From Octopus sinensis (Eukaryota), in NCBI RefSeq assembly GCF_006345805.1, contig NC_042999.1:91512001-91576000 (forward strand): a stretch of DNA of 64,000 bases. Reading direction: 5' to 3'. Below, piece by piece: positions 1-11,235 of this stretch. Under the pieces are notes generated by a model. That model did not search any database. It saw only the letters and a list, made by a program, of their open reading frames with translations, and was not told the DNA's origin. Every line of letters begins with the position of its first letter. The first letter of the stretch is position 1. Made by a program: the position numbers and the translations under genes.

Positions 1-299
1 ATCTTATAGTCGTGATTCATATCGAGCCCTTCTGGGTATTAGCGCGCGTCTACGATGAGTCTACGATTTAAAAAAAAATTTACCATCATTTTTTTCCATT
101 TTAATGCATTTTTTCGCTATTATATAAGGGAAGTAACTCTCTAAAAATGTCTACGATGAGTCAACGATTAAAAAAAATTTACCATCATTTTTTTCCATTT
201 TTAATGCATTTCTTTGCTATTTTTTGGCTATAACTCTCTAAAAATGCTTATATAGTTATTTCCCTTACAAACCCGAGCAACGCCGGGCGATACTGCTAG
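1..299 (+). mobile_element. Helitron-like element 3' end, with internal ~100-bp tandem duplication (48-148 / 149-245)
   Basis: GC-rich hairpin CCCGAGCAACGCCGGG (272-287) followed by CTAG|T (296-300), the canonical Helitron 3' terminus. The same motif recurs at 29269-29298 and 49690-49720. Confidence 0.65.
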
Positions 300-849
300 T
301 TATATCTAATCTATCTCTCTAAATGATGCAAAGCAAGTAGCATTAAATGGTGAATGGATGTGAGCAGAAAGAGAGTAAGTTCCATTCCAGTTTACAACAA
401 TTATAGAATTATTCTCAAACCATAAATGAAGGGTGGAGAGGAGTGAAGGAGGAGTCATGTTTCCTCTGAGAGGTTACAGAAGTAATAAGCACTGAAAAGT
501 GGAGTTTGCATTATTATTTTTGTTTCATAGTTTACAATTATTTCTACAAATTCATTTTGACTTATCTTCAATCATGTTTATAAACGTGACCGCTGTGCCG
601 TCCACTATAAACATTGATTAATGTCCTATATTTAAGCGGTAGACAAACACTTCAGCATATTATTTTTTGTAGAGAGTTGCGAGGGATCATTTCTATGAAC
701 GGGGTATCTGTACAACGGATATGACTACATCATTAATTGTGGAGTCGTTTAAAAACACGATGCAAGATTAAGTCAACATGGAATTTTTGAAACAATCATA
801 AATTGTTCTATATTTTAGAGATGAGGAATTCTGTACAATATTTACATTT

Positions 850-1180
850 TTTACATTGGACGGATATTTGTCCTCATCTTGTTTGTTGCTACCACAAAAT
901 TTCGGCTGATTTACTCTCCAGCCTTCATCAGGTGTCCTGGTAGAATTTTGAATCCAGTCCTAGGTTCTAAGGTGAACCGAAACTATGTGGCTGGTATGGC
1001 CTGTCAGGGAGTCACCATTGCTTTCGCGCCTTTTACGTTCTTAGCAGTGGGAGACGTCTATATTGCTAAGAGTATAAAAAGTGTGAAACCAATGGTAACG
1101 TCCTGACTGGTCGTAAACCACAACTACATTAGATATTACTACGATATATCTAAAAAAACATTTACTTGTCTCAGTCATTC
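850..1180 (-). mobile_element. PLE terminal-repeat-like fragment with decayed hammerhead motif (900-934)
   Basis: Minus strand reads CAC-CTGATGA-A-GGCTG(gagagtaaat)CAGCC-GAAA-TTTT-GTG: core and stem II intact, stem III decayed. Confidence 0.4.
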
Positions 1181-1294
1181 GACATATTCTATCGGTTAAT
1201 TTCGTCGAACTTCTAAGTTGCGGGGATGGAAAGGAAGTCAACAAGCGGTTGTCTGGGACAAGCACGAAGCTAGCCCCCTCCGCCCACAAACACG

Positions 1295-1387
1295 TATATA
1301 CGACGGGCTTTTTTCAGTTTCCATCGTCCAAATCTATTTGACCTAGTGACCAGGCAGCAAACTTCTTGTCACACAGTCACTCCTACG

Positions 1388-1453
<66 letters not shown>

Positions 1454-1560
1454 CACGTCCCCGTAGCTTAGCGTTTTGGAAAAAGAAACCGATAGAATAA
1501 GTACTAGGGTTCCAAAGAGTAAGTCCTGGGGTCGATTTCTATAACTAAAAAACCTTCAAA
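1295..1560. mobile_element. tRNA-derived SINE family B fragments (head on -, 1295-1392; tail on +, 1456-1560) around a (TA)n array
   Basis: Matches other copies in the window (1915-2240, 39135-39290, 46700-46850). Confidence 0.65.
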
Positions 1561-1914
1561 CTCTGCTTGATGTTCTTTCACCTGTCTTCGTCGTTTGTTT
1601 TCTTTTGGCCCCACCTGAGTTTTGAAACTGAATGGGTAAATTTCCCCCTAACTATAGAGCCTTATTGTTCTGTTGAGGAACAATGTTGTTTTATTCAACC
1701 GATGGCCTTCCCAACATTTGATTGATGTATTTTCCTCTTGACCCATAACCCTTCTAGTTTGTAAAGGGTTTAAATAAATAATATAAGGGATATTTACCCT
1801 TTCAACGGCAGATCGAGAAATATATTTTTTGTAACTAAACACTTTCAACCTTCGGACACTAACCCTAACCCTAATGTGTCATATAAAACATATTTTACTT
1901 TTAATGTTACTCTT

Positions 1915-2240
1915 GACCGTGGCCATGCTGGAGCATCGCCTTTAATCGAGCAACTCGACCCCGGGACTTATTCTTTTTGTAAGCCCAGTACTTATTCTAT
2001 CGGTCTCTTTTGCCGAACCGCTAAGTAACGGGGACATAAATACACCAGCATCGGTTGTCAAGCAATGCTAGGGGGACAAACACAGACACACAAACACACA
2101 CACATACATACATATATATATGACGGGCTTCTTTCAGTTTCCGTCTACCAAATCCACTCACAAGGCTTTGGTTGGCCCGAGGTTATAGTAGAAGACACTT
2201 GCCCAAGGTGCCAGACAGTGGGACTGAGCCCGGAATCAGC
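1915..2240 (-). mobile_element. tRNA-derived SINE family B
   Basis: Multi-copy in window; internal (TG)n; 3' tail GCGATGCTCCAGCATGGCCAC shared with the CR1-like LINE ends. Confidence 0.8.
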
Positions 2241-2716
2241 TACTCCAATATTTTTTAAACATCTGGTCTGTAAAACTTAATATTCCTCTAAATATTTTAT
2301 AAGTCATCATACTATTTTTATCTTATAAAAACAATGACCGAAGGAGTGAGAAGATTAGATTATTCATGAAGCGTCTTCATAAAAACAAAAACACAGAACT
2401 CCTTTGGCATCTTAAATAAATACAATATCAATTCCAATAAAAGTAAAAAGACCGGTTTTCCTTGACCGACTTTACTGACGTCAGCATTTGAATGGATAGG
2501 TATAGAGGTGTTTACAACTCTGTTTTATTACGATTAACTCATTCTATTGGGCTCTGAAAGATAAGACAAAAACCAGCCGAGCAGGATTTGAAATGATTAT
2601 TGTAAAATAATGCAAATGTCGGTTTACCTATACATGTGTGCCCCTACCCGACCAACTTTGTTGCCTCACAACTTCCAGAAAAATGTAAATTTTTTTAATG
2701 AAATTTTCAAAAAATA

Positions 2717-3228
2717 CCGTTAATCCTCGAGTATAGTCTGCCCTTGAGTATAATACGCAGGGGATTTTTAGGGGGCTGTACCTCTGGAAAACATAAACCT
2801 TGTGTATAATACGCACCCCTTCTCTAACTTCAGTCAAGGAGGTGTATATAACGTCCTTGGTTTCTAAAAATGTATACGATAACGTCATTTATTATTATTG
2901 TATATATAACATAATGCAAACGTGTAGCTTTTTTGTGCATTTTGTTTGCAGAAAATAAAGAAATAACAGTAATAACGTTTAATAAATGTTGCTTATTGCA
3001 AGTTATGGATGATTCTTTTATGACTTCATTGCTTTCAGGCTTAGCTTAAGGTATTTTCGAGCCCGACATCACAAAATGCCTCTGAATAAACATTGCCTGA
3101 CAGCAAATAGAGACTTGGACATTGCTTAGAAAATAATTTCCATTTTTAACCTCATATATAGTACGCACTAGGGATTTTGACCTTTAAATTTTGGGAAAAT
3201 AATGCGGATTATACTTGAGGATTTACGG
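2717..3228. mobile_element. pogo/Tc1-mariner-superfamily MITE, 512 bp
   Basis: TIRs CCGTTAATCCTCGAGTATAGTCTGC / GCGGATTATACTTGAGGATTTACGG, each flanked by TA (2715-2716, 3229-3230). Confidence 0.8.
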
Positions 3229-3687
3229 TATGTTTTAGATTGTGTATATTCCGCTTACATAGGAATTTGATATTTAAAAAGATTCTGTGGTTAGGAAGAA
3301 GGGTTTCGGGAAATTCACATGAGTTGACTCTGTTTCCTCATAACTTGGGTATTTTTTAATGAAATTTGCTACAAATACTTTTCAGAATGTATATATTCAG
3401 ATTCTATTGGAATTTGATGTGAAAAGGAAAATAGTGGCACACATCACAATTTCTTTCGAAATCTCAAGTTTCATTTTGATATCCATTAGTACATATGTGC
3501 ATAAAAGCCCACCATTTTTGTATTTTCTTTTGTTATATTAAAACTCCAGCGTTTTTGATAGCCGCTCATGAAAAAGTGAAAGTCTTTCTTCGGCAATTTC
3601 TTGATTTCAGCAACTATTTTCGGAAAACAAAATGTTGCCCCCTACCCCTCCACCTCCAATTTCTTCATTTCTCGCTTGTTTCCGTAA

Positions 3688-3836
3688 CTCTAATCCTAAA
3701 TCCCAACCCTAACCCTAAAACCCAAAACCTAACCCTAACTCTAAAACCCTAACCATAAAACATAGCTCTAAAACCCTAACCATAAAACATAGCTCTAAAA
3801 CCCTAACCCTAAAACCCTAACCTTAAAACCCAAACC
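3688..3836 (+). repeat. Degenerate telomere-like (CCCTAA)n tract with a 27-bp tandem duplication (3739-3792)
   Basis: Repeated CTAACCCT / AAAACCCTAACC units read directly. Confidence 0.8.
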
Positions 3837-3837
3837 C

Positions 3838-4900
3838 GGATCTTTTCTTTTTGAAAGCCAGATTTTTCAGATTTTTCTAGTTAACTAAATAATTTGAAAC
3901 TTCGTATACTGGTAGAATGTGTCAAAAGAAAACAATAATTTCAACTAGTTTTTTTGACAAAAATATATTTTATAAGTTTAAACGTAGTTTAAATCTGCGA
4001 ATTTTAACCAATCATATTGTCTGTTTTCATTTGAAATTATTAGCTGCATAGTGTTAATGTGACGTAGATAGCTATTTTGTGAGTGGGTAAGCAGTAAGCA
4101 AACAGCTGTGGTAGATGTGGTTATCATGGCAGTGGTGGTAGTGGTGACAGTGGATGTGTATGATGGCAGCAATTATAGTGTTGGTGTTTTTGTAGAGGTG
4201 GTGGTGGTGGTGGTGGTGGCAGTGGATGATGATCATAATGATGATGATAGTAGTAGTAGCATTGATTATGTTAGGATGTCTCATGGATGGTAGTGTTGGT
4301 GTGTGTGTGTGTTTGGGTGTATGTATGGACAGTTTGATTCAAATTCTGTGGTACTTATATATTCATACATACATATACATGTAGATGTATATAACATATA
4401 TATATTGTATGTAAACATCTTTTATATATATAATGTATGCATCTATAATACACACACATTATAAATATATACACATATATGCATATGCATTAGAATATGT
4501 GTGCATAGGTGTATATATATATATATGCATATGTTTGTATACATGTGTGTGTAGCTATTTAGGATCTACACAAATTTTATATATACTCCACGAAGTTTAT
4601 GATAAGCGGAGATGTTTACATTTTAGTTAGCTATTTACATGTTTACGTTAACTACGTCACAAAATAGCTGTTTACGTCACAGTAACAATATTTTGAGAAG
4701 AAGTAAATAATATGAGGCCGAAAGAAAGAATATCATTGGTTAAAATTCGAATTTTTAAACAACGTTAAACTTAGAAATTACAATTCCGTTTTCATTTTGG
4801 TTTACAATTATGTTTTCTTTTGACGCATTCTACCAGTATACGAAGTTTCAAATTGTTTAGTTAACTAGGAAAATCTGGCCTTCAAACTGAAAAGATCCCT
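3838..4900. repeat. Inverted repeat pair (arms 3838-4082 and 4657-4900) around a microsatellite-rich spacer; foldback/MITE-like
   Basis: GGATCTTTTC...CTAGTTAACTAAA.AATTTGAAACTTCGTATACTGGTAGAATG.GTCAAAAGAAAAC...TGTGACGTA.A.AGCTATTTTGTGA present in both orientations. Confidence 0.75.
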
Positions 4901-5164
4901 CATTTATATTATATTATATTCACCTATCTCCGAATCTGCCTTTCGTAAATATTACGAACTGTATACTTAATATAATGTACATGTCTGAATAGCAAAAAAA
5001 GCGGATTTCTTTACTCATCTGGGTCTAATTGTCTATATACACTGCATGAATATCATTCAGCGGATTTATATACCAACTTTGATATTCACATAAAATTGTT
5101 GTGAGTATATCTTATTCCGACCTAACGTGGTGCCTCAATTTAAGTAACTAATCCAACTGAATCT

Positions 5165-5194
<30 letters not shown>

Positions 5195-5214
<20 letters not shown>

Positions 5215-5480
5215 TACTCAGAACGCAAAAACCGACGAGATGCCGCTAAGCAGGGTGTGCTAACGCTTCTGCCAACTTGCTATCTTAAATAATTATAAGA
5301 ATATTTTCAAATTTTCGCACGAGGCTACCAAGTTTTGGGGAGATGGTAAGTCGTTTACATCGTCTCTGTTGTTCGGCTGGAAGTTATATTTTATCGACCT
5401 CCGTAGAATTTCAACTCAGAACGTAAAGACCGATGAAATGCCCCCTAAGCATTTTGCCCAACGCTGCCAACTCGTCGCTT
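5195..5480 (-). mobile_element. Two tandem fragments of tRNA-derived SINE family A
   Basis: AACTCAGAACG..AAGACCGACGAAATGCCGCTAAGCA...CTGCCAACTCG motif occurs twice. Confidence 0.7.
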
Positions 5481-7097
5481 CCAAAAGTAAAAGGATTTAG
5501 GATTACACCCAGTAAGCTACTCGCTATTTAAGAACTGATAAGGTTTTGTAATTGCAAAGGGATAAGTTTGTAGGAAAAATTGAATAGAAATCAGAAGTTG
5601 AAGAAAAAGCAAAATATTGTGGTTAATGATTAATAAATTGCAATAATATTAGAAAGAGAAAATAAATATAAATAATAGTGAAAATAAACTGAAATCCTAG
5701 GAGAGGTGTATATATTCGAAATGTGTTAAATAATTAAAGAGTAAATATGACTGTTTATTTTGTAAAATAAAAGACCAAAGCTATTAACAAGAAATAATTA
5801 CGATATAAACAGGTGAATATAAAGAGAAATCAGGGTTGTTATAAATATGATAAAGAAACACATTGTATGGAGTTAATTACAGAAGGGTTTAAAATTCAAT
5901 ACTGAAACTACTTAGATAAGATCAAGTAGGAAAAATTATTTTTTCATATTCTAATTAAAATCAAGACATTAATACATCATTTAATCGATGTAGAAAGACA
6001 TGGAAGGGAAATTCATATAAGACAGGGTAACTATAAACAAACAAAAAATGTAAAATAAAAGTTAGGTAGGCTAAAGATTAAATTTAATTAATTAAATGAA
6101 ATCAAACTAGATTTAATTAAAGTGAAGATAAACATGATCATCACGATCTTTAACCACAATTCTAAATCTTAAAATCTGCTTACCTCACCCACCCTGCAAC
6201 GTATTCCATTTCACTTGACTGAAAAAAACTTAGAATAGCTTTATTTTCTGTTCATCGATCTTTGCTTTTTAGTATATAGTTATTAACCTACCAAGTTATA
6301 TATAGCGGTTAGATTTAGCTTTGACTTTCATTGATACGCAGTAAAATCTCTTTATTATCGGCATACGAGTTTTCTTTATTATTTGATTTAAAACTTTAAT
6401 GGTAACTCTGTGTTATTGCGAATGAATCTTTTCAAATGAATCTTTTATAAAGAAATGCAATGCCAAAGATTTTTGAGCTATTCATCTTGAAGTATTCAAC
6501 GAATACTTTTTTTTATCAAAACTATATAGTTTCCTGCAAATATTACTCATCTAGTCAATGAGCTTATCAAGATACTTTCTTTAAATCTTTAAATTATATC
6601 TTTTAGAAACAATGCTTTCAAGGAAATTCTACCTATCAGAAAGCGTTTTTTGCATTAGCAAATTACTCCTCTTAAAGATGCTGTTATTCTGTCTCTCTCA
6701 ACTTTTATTTCTATCTCCACATATTTCGTCATTCCTCTCTCAATTCTTGTCTACTCTATCAATATCTTTCACCCTTCAGTTTACTATCACCATATTGCTA
6801 AATGCCGTTACACATTTCTATGTACATACACGTGTGTGTGTGTGTATGTGCATTCGTGCGTGCGTGCAGGAGTGTTATAGATATTCACTAAGTGATACTC
6901 AAATAAATCAAAACTTGAGCTCCTTCATCCAGATCAGCTAGGTGGCTCCAGCTTGAAACCTTGCTACAAAAGCGATCTTCATCAAGCGAGTATCGAAGTA
7001 AAAAAGGCAGATAAGCAACCACAAAAACAGTGGATTTACATAGTATACTAAAAACATCTCAAGTCGTATACAATATTATTATAGGAAGAAGTTCAAA

Positions 7098-7153
7098 ATC
7101 TTACAGTTGATTCAGGGATATCCCCGAGTATGGGATATTCTGTCATCAGAGAG
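7098..7153 (-). ncRNA. Decayed hammerhead-like motif
   Basis: Minus strand TCT-CTGATGA-[ATATCCC/GGGATAT hairpin]-GAATC-AACT-GTA-AGA; A15.1 changed to T. Confidence 0.35.
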
Positions 7154-7313
7154 AAACGGGGCTGGTGGTGGCAAAAATAGGGAAAATAAGAATGGTATAT
7201 ATTAAGATGACAATGTAGAGGAAGGGAGTAAAAGAATAAGGAGATGAAAAGAAAGAAGAAAAAAGAAACATAAAAGTTCATAGTTCGATTTTCCTAAGTT
7301 ATAGACACCAGAA

Positions 7314-7388
7314 CATGAGTCCTTAGGTGCAATCCTGCGTAGATCCATGAGTGTAAGTCCTACGCAGGAATGCACCTAAGGACTCATG
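7314..7388. repeat. 29-bp stem hairpin with 17-nt loop (mini-MITE or hairpin RNA)
   Basis: 7314-7342 is the reverse complement of 7360-7388 with one mismatch; outer ATAAAAGTTCAT/ATGAACTTTTAT also pair. Confidence 0.8.
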
Positions 7389-7635
7389 AACTTTTATGCT
7401 TCTTTTTTCTTCTTTCTTTATGTTATGCTTTACAATTTTCAACTGACGAGATGCATACGCACAGACGTGCACATACGCACATACGCACAGATGCATACAT
7501 TTATTTATACACACACGCACACACGCGCGCGCGCACACATATCATCAATAGTTTATATATTCGAAATAGAAGTACACTCTAAAACATTAGATCAGTAATA
7601 CATTTTTAGAAGGTTGATTGTTATGGCCGGTCAGT

Positions 7636-7695
7636 GAGTGATCATTGGTTTCGAACCTATAAAGCGCTTAGCTCCGTAGGTGACTCGTCAGACTC
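7636..7695 (-). ncRNA. Type I hammerhead ribozyme (element-sense copy A); stem III has a C.A mismatch, AUC triplet
   Basis: GAGT-CTGACGA-GTCACCTACGGAGC(TAAGC)GCTTTATAGGTTC-GAAA-CC(AAT)GA-TC|ACTC. Confidence 0.7.
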
Positions 7696-7748
7696 AAATG
7701 ACTGGAGGCCCCCTTCAGTAGAAGAGAGGTTATGTACCTCGGGTCATT

Positions 7749-7793
7749 TGTGTCTGACGAGTCGCCTAGGTGCGAAAACCAATGGTCACTCTC
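7749..7793 (+). ncRNA. Type I hammerhead-like motif (element-antisense copy A), partly decayed
   Basis: TGTGT-CTGACGA-GTCGCCTAGGTGC-GAAAA-CC(AAT)GG-TC|ACTCT; extra A, stem II collapsed to CCTAGG. Confidence 0.55.
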
Positions 7794-8083
7794 TGAGAGA
7801 GAGAGATAGAGAGAGAGAAGAGAGAAGAGAGAGATAGAGAGGAAGAGAGAGAGGGAGAGAGAGAGGGAGAAAGGGGGAGAATCAGAATGAATTAAAATGA
7901 GTTGGTTAATTGCGTGAAATAATAATCAAAATTTGCTTTATGTTCGTATTTAGGCGTGACTGCTGTTTCAATGAATGTAGTGTCCTTATTTATAAGCTCT
8001 TGTTCAGATGCTGTTCAATTATGTTGATATAAAGGAAATAATTTGGAGTTTGGTGGGAGATTTATCTATGTGTTCGGTGAATG

Positions 8084-8208
8084 AATGGAATCCCGAACTT
8101 TCCAGTAGGTAAGGACACTCCCACAGTTTGGTCAGAACCAAGAGTCATAAATTTGGGTGACCGGACTATGGGAGTGTCCAAACCAAATGGAAGGTTCGGA
8201 ATTCCATT
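8084..8208. mobile_element. 125-bp palindromic MITE-like element
   Basis: Outer IR AATGGAATCCCGAACTTTCCA / TGGAAGGTTCGGAATTCCATT; inner IR GGACACTCCCA / TGGGAGTGTCC. Confidence 0.7.
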
Positions 8209-8352
8209 TTAGACTACACCCACCCTCATGCCCATATATATTAAGAAGAAGGAAGCACTCAGAATTTTGGATAATTCCTTATTAGCGCTTTCGTCTGTCA
8301 ATAGGACATACATACATACATACAATATATATACATACATACATACATACAT

Positions 8353-8412
<60 letters not shown>

Positions 8413-8767
8413 CATACATACATACATATATATATATATGCTACATACATATAAGAGGGATATTACCCCTTACGTAATCACGATTACGTAAGTGGTAACA
8501 ACGAAACTGGTTTGTGATTAATCTCTATATTTTGTATTTTTTCATTTGTCTTACTCACTTACGTTCTGGTGTTTGCTAAATTTTCTTGAGAACATTCTTT
8601 TCTTAGTGGTAAGACCATAGGGGGTCGACTTCTAGAATATGGATGTCCACTTAGTGGTCAACCCTCTTGTATGTATGTAATATAACTTTTTTGAATCTTC
8701 AGATTTTTCTATATGCTAGCCCACTGGTTTTAAATTCATATTAATCAAATTATTATTTTAAGTTTAA

Positions 8768-8855
<88 letters not shown>

Positions 8856-10306
8856 GTATATGTATGTATACACACACAAACAAACCTGTATATATACATA
8901 TATAAATATAAATATACATGTGTATACATACATACTTACGCATATACATGTATGCATGCATGCATACACACATACATACATGTGTTTGTGTGTGTGTGTG
9001 CGTGCGCCTGTGCGTGCATATATGTGAAGAAGAGACACTGCGAGGGACTAGCAAAAACAGAATGAGAAATGAAATGTAATGAAAAATGAATATATTAGTG
9101 AATGACTATATGACCGCTAACCATTGTACATAGAGGAGGAAAAAATAAACAATATTTTCAGAATACTAGAACGTTAATATAGACACATGGAAATCGATGT
9201 TAAATTGAAGAAGCTACTTGCATTGAAATCCCCAAGGATCACAAAACACTAATGAGCATATACGAAATGAAAATGTGAAAGAAGCGGGGTGCTGCTTAAT
9301 GGCGTAATATGTCATGTAGGTGTGTCGGTTTTATAATAAGTGCTTGTAGAATTTGTAAGCCGTGAGCTTCAACACAATTGGGAAGATACTCACGGTTTTT
9401 CACGAAGACATGATGCTCAGCTTTTTCTTTAGAAAGTTTTCTTCAATATGTTGAGATTTCTGGCAAAAGATACCCAGAAAAAGTTGAGTTTATTTGTGAA
9501 GTACTTGACGTAATTTCTTCACTCCAACAAAACCAATCAAAATATAATTAACGTCCAACATTTTATAATTTCTCATCCTCAATAACTAATCGACAACGTT
9601 TTGAAAATTAGGAAGAAGAAAATTTTAGGTGTTTATTCATACATACATACATGCCTGCATACACATACATACACACGCATACATACTCACATATATATGT
9701 ATACAGAGAGAGAAAGAAAGACAGTAATGATAAGATTACATACTACACAGTTATAACGAAAATATTTCTTTTGTGCAAAGCAATTACCGAGGTAGCTCAA
9801 CATAAGTGAAAAGTATCAGCTTTAGAGCAATTGTATTATACAACGTAAAGAGTCAGAACGCTGCACATTGAAATGAATTTGTAAGACACGTAAAATTTTC
9901 TCCGACATACTGGCATATACACACGTACACACTTGTATATATATATAGACAAAATAATATATACTCTCGCAAAAAACGTAAGCATACCCTTGAATATACA
10001 CACAAGAACACACATCACTGCATTATTAATACTGCTTTATTTCGGAGGAGTCATACTAAGAAAGTATACTCATAGATAAATGCACAGGAAATCTCCAACC
10101 AAACTCCGAATTATTGCCTTTATATCAACATAGTGGAACAGCATCTGAGCAAGAGCTTATAAATAAGGACACCACATTCATTGAAAAATAGCAGTCACGT
10201 CTTAAATATGAAGATAAAGCAAATTTTGATTATTGTTTCACCCAATTAACCAATTCATTTTAATTAATTCTAATTCTCCGGTCTCTCTCTCTTTCTCTCT
10301 CCCTCA

Positions 10307-10385
10307 GAGAGTGACCATTGGTCTAGCGCCTATAAAGCGCTTAGCCTATAAAGCGCTTAGCTTTATAGGCGACTCGTCAGACACA
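10307..10385 (-). ncRNA. Decayed hammerhead motif (element-antisense copy B)
   Basis: CTGACGAGTC core and CCAATGGTC|ACTC retained; GAAA changed to TAGA; 16-nt tandem duplication (10329-10360) in stem II. Confidence 0.5.
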
Positions 10386-10431
10386 AATAATCCGAGGCAC
10401 ATAAACTACCTTCTACTGAAGGGAGCCTCCA

Positions 10432-10504
10432 GTCATTTGAGTCTGACGAGTCACCTACATAGCTAAGCGCTTTATAGGTTCGAAATCAATGGTCACTCCT
10501 TGAC
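10432..10504 (+). ncRNA. Type I hammerhead ribozyme, core intact, GUC cleavage after 10494
   Basis: Stem I GAGT(10439-42)/ACTC(10495-98) plus distal GTCA/TGAC helix; CTGACGA 10443-49; G10450-C10481 closes a long stem II; GAAA 10482-85; stem III A-U, U.G, C-G with AAU loop. Confidence 0.8.
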
Positions 10505-10949
10505 CGACCATAACACGCAATCTTGTAAAAATGTATTACCGATCTAATGTTTTAGAGTGTACTTCTTTTTCGGATACATAAACCATTGATATGTGTGTAT
10601 GTGTGTGTGTGTGTGTGTGTGAGTGTGCGTGTCTGTGTATGTATATATAAACTGAATCACGAAAGAAACGTCGCACACATACTGAATAGAAACCGGTTTA
10701 TCAACAGACTGCCATAACATTGATTGAAGAGTGCTAATTAAGAAACCGTTCTTTCCTAATGATAAACGTTATTTTCTGAAACATATTTAACGTCACATGG
10801 TGTCACGTGATGACAGAGTATCCTGGATCCAAAAAGATGAACATAATATCTCATGTGACCTCCATTAACATTAATTACTGCCAGCCATCTTCTGTACTTT
10901 GAATGCACCAAACGATTGATGAAGGTCATGTGGATAGCAGTCCGCACTA

Positions 10950-11235
10950 TTTTAAAACTTGCAGCGTGTTGTGCCGCAGTTGTCGGCCTTTAGATTTCGT
11001 CGCACGAGTTCAAGTCCGGAATTAGGGCAATCCATAGCAGTGTCTGGTAGTATGGGCACGGGCGTGGTCGTGTTGGAATACGTGATTCCGATGACGAGTA
11101 AAGTATAACACAATGTGAGGCCTCGATGTAGCGAGCAGCTGTTATTCCATTGCCCAGCCTTGGCCGATGTTTTTAGAAGACCATCGGTTCAAGTTTCTGG
11201 CTGATTGCAATCCCGCCCCATACCGTGATCTCTGT
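10950..11235 (-). mobile_element. Tc1-like transposase relic (catalytic region)
   Basis: Minus translations include V/WGGI, ITAARY, FQHDHARAHTTRH and PDLN motifs. Confidence 0.75.

Larger units (their letters stand above)
7534..8070 (-). mobile_element. Penelope-like element 3' fragment (GIY-YIG C-terminal relic, (CT)n, HHR cassette); left arm of 3-kb inverted repeat
   Basis: Reverse complement of 10070-10597. Minus translation NLPPNSKLFPLYQHN*TASEQELINKDTTFIE..QSRLN resembles the R/x..KE..FI.K..P.LN end of PLE GIY-YIG domains. Confidence 0.65.
10070..10597 (+). mobile_element. Penelope-like element 3' fragment (GIY-YIG C-terminal relic, (CT)n, HHR cassette); right arm of 3-kb inverted repeat
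   Basis: Plus translation LIDKCTGNLQPNSELLPLYQHSGTASEQELINKDTTFIEK*QSRLK; inverted homolog of 7534-8070. Confidence 0.65.

Noticed and set aside
3688-3836. True telomere
   Set aside because: Short, degenerate and interstitial.
9433-9508. Possible exon (TTTTCTTTAG acceptor, open frame ESFLQYVEISGKRYPEKVEFICEVLD, GTAATT donor)
   Set aside because: Short, no recognisable homology and no partner exons; needs RNA-seq.
7636-10504. Literal integrated viroid or retrozyme tandem array
   Set aside because: No direct-repeat multimers flank the cassette, and it lies downstream of a GIY-YIG-like relic, so a PLE origin is simpler. Only the architecture is viroid-like.
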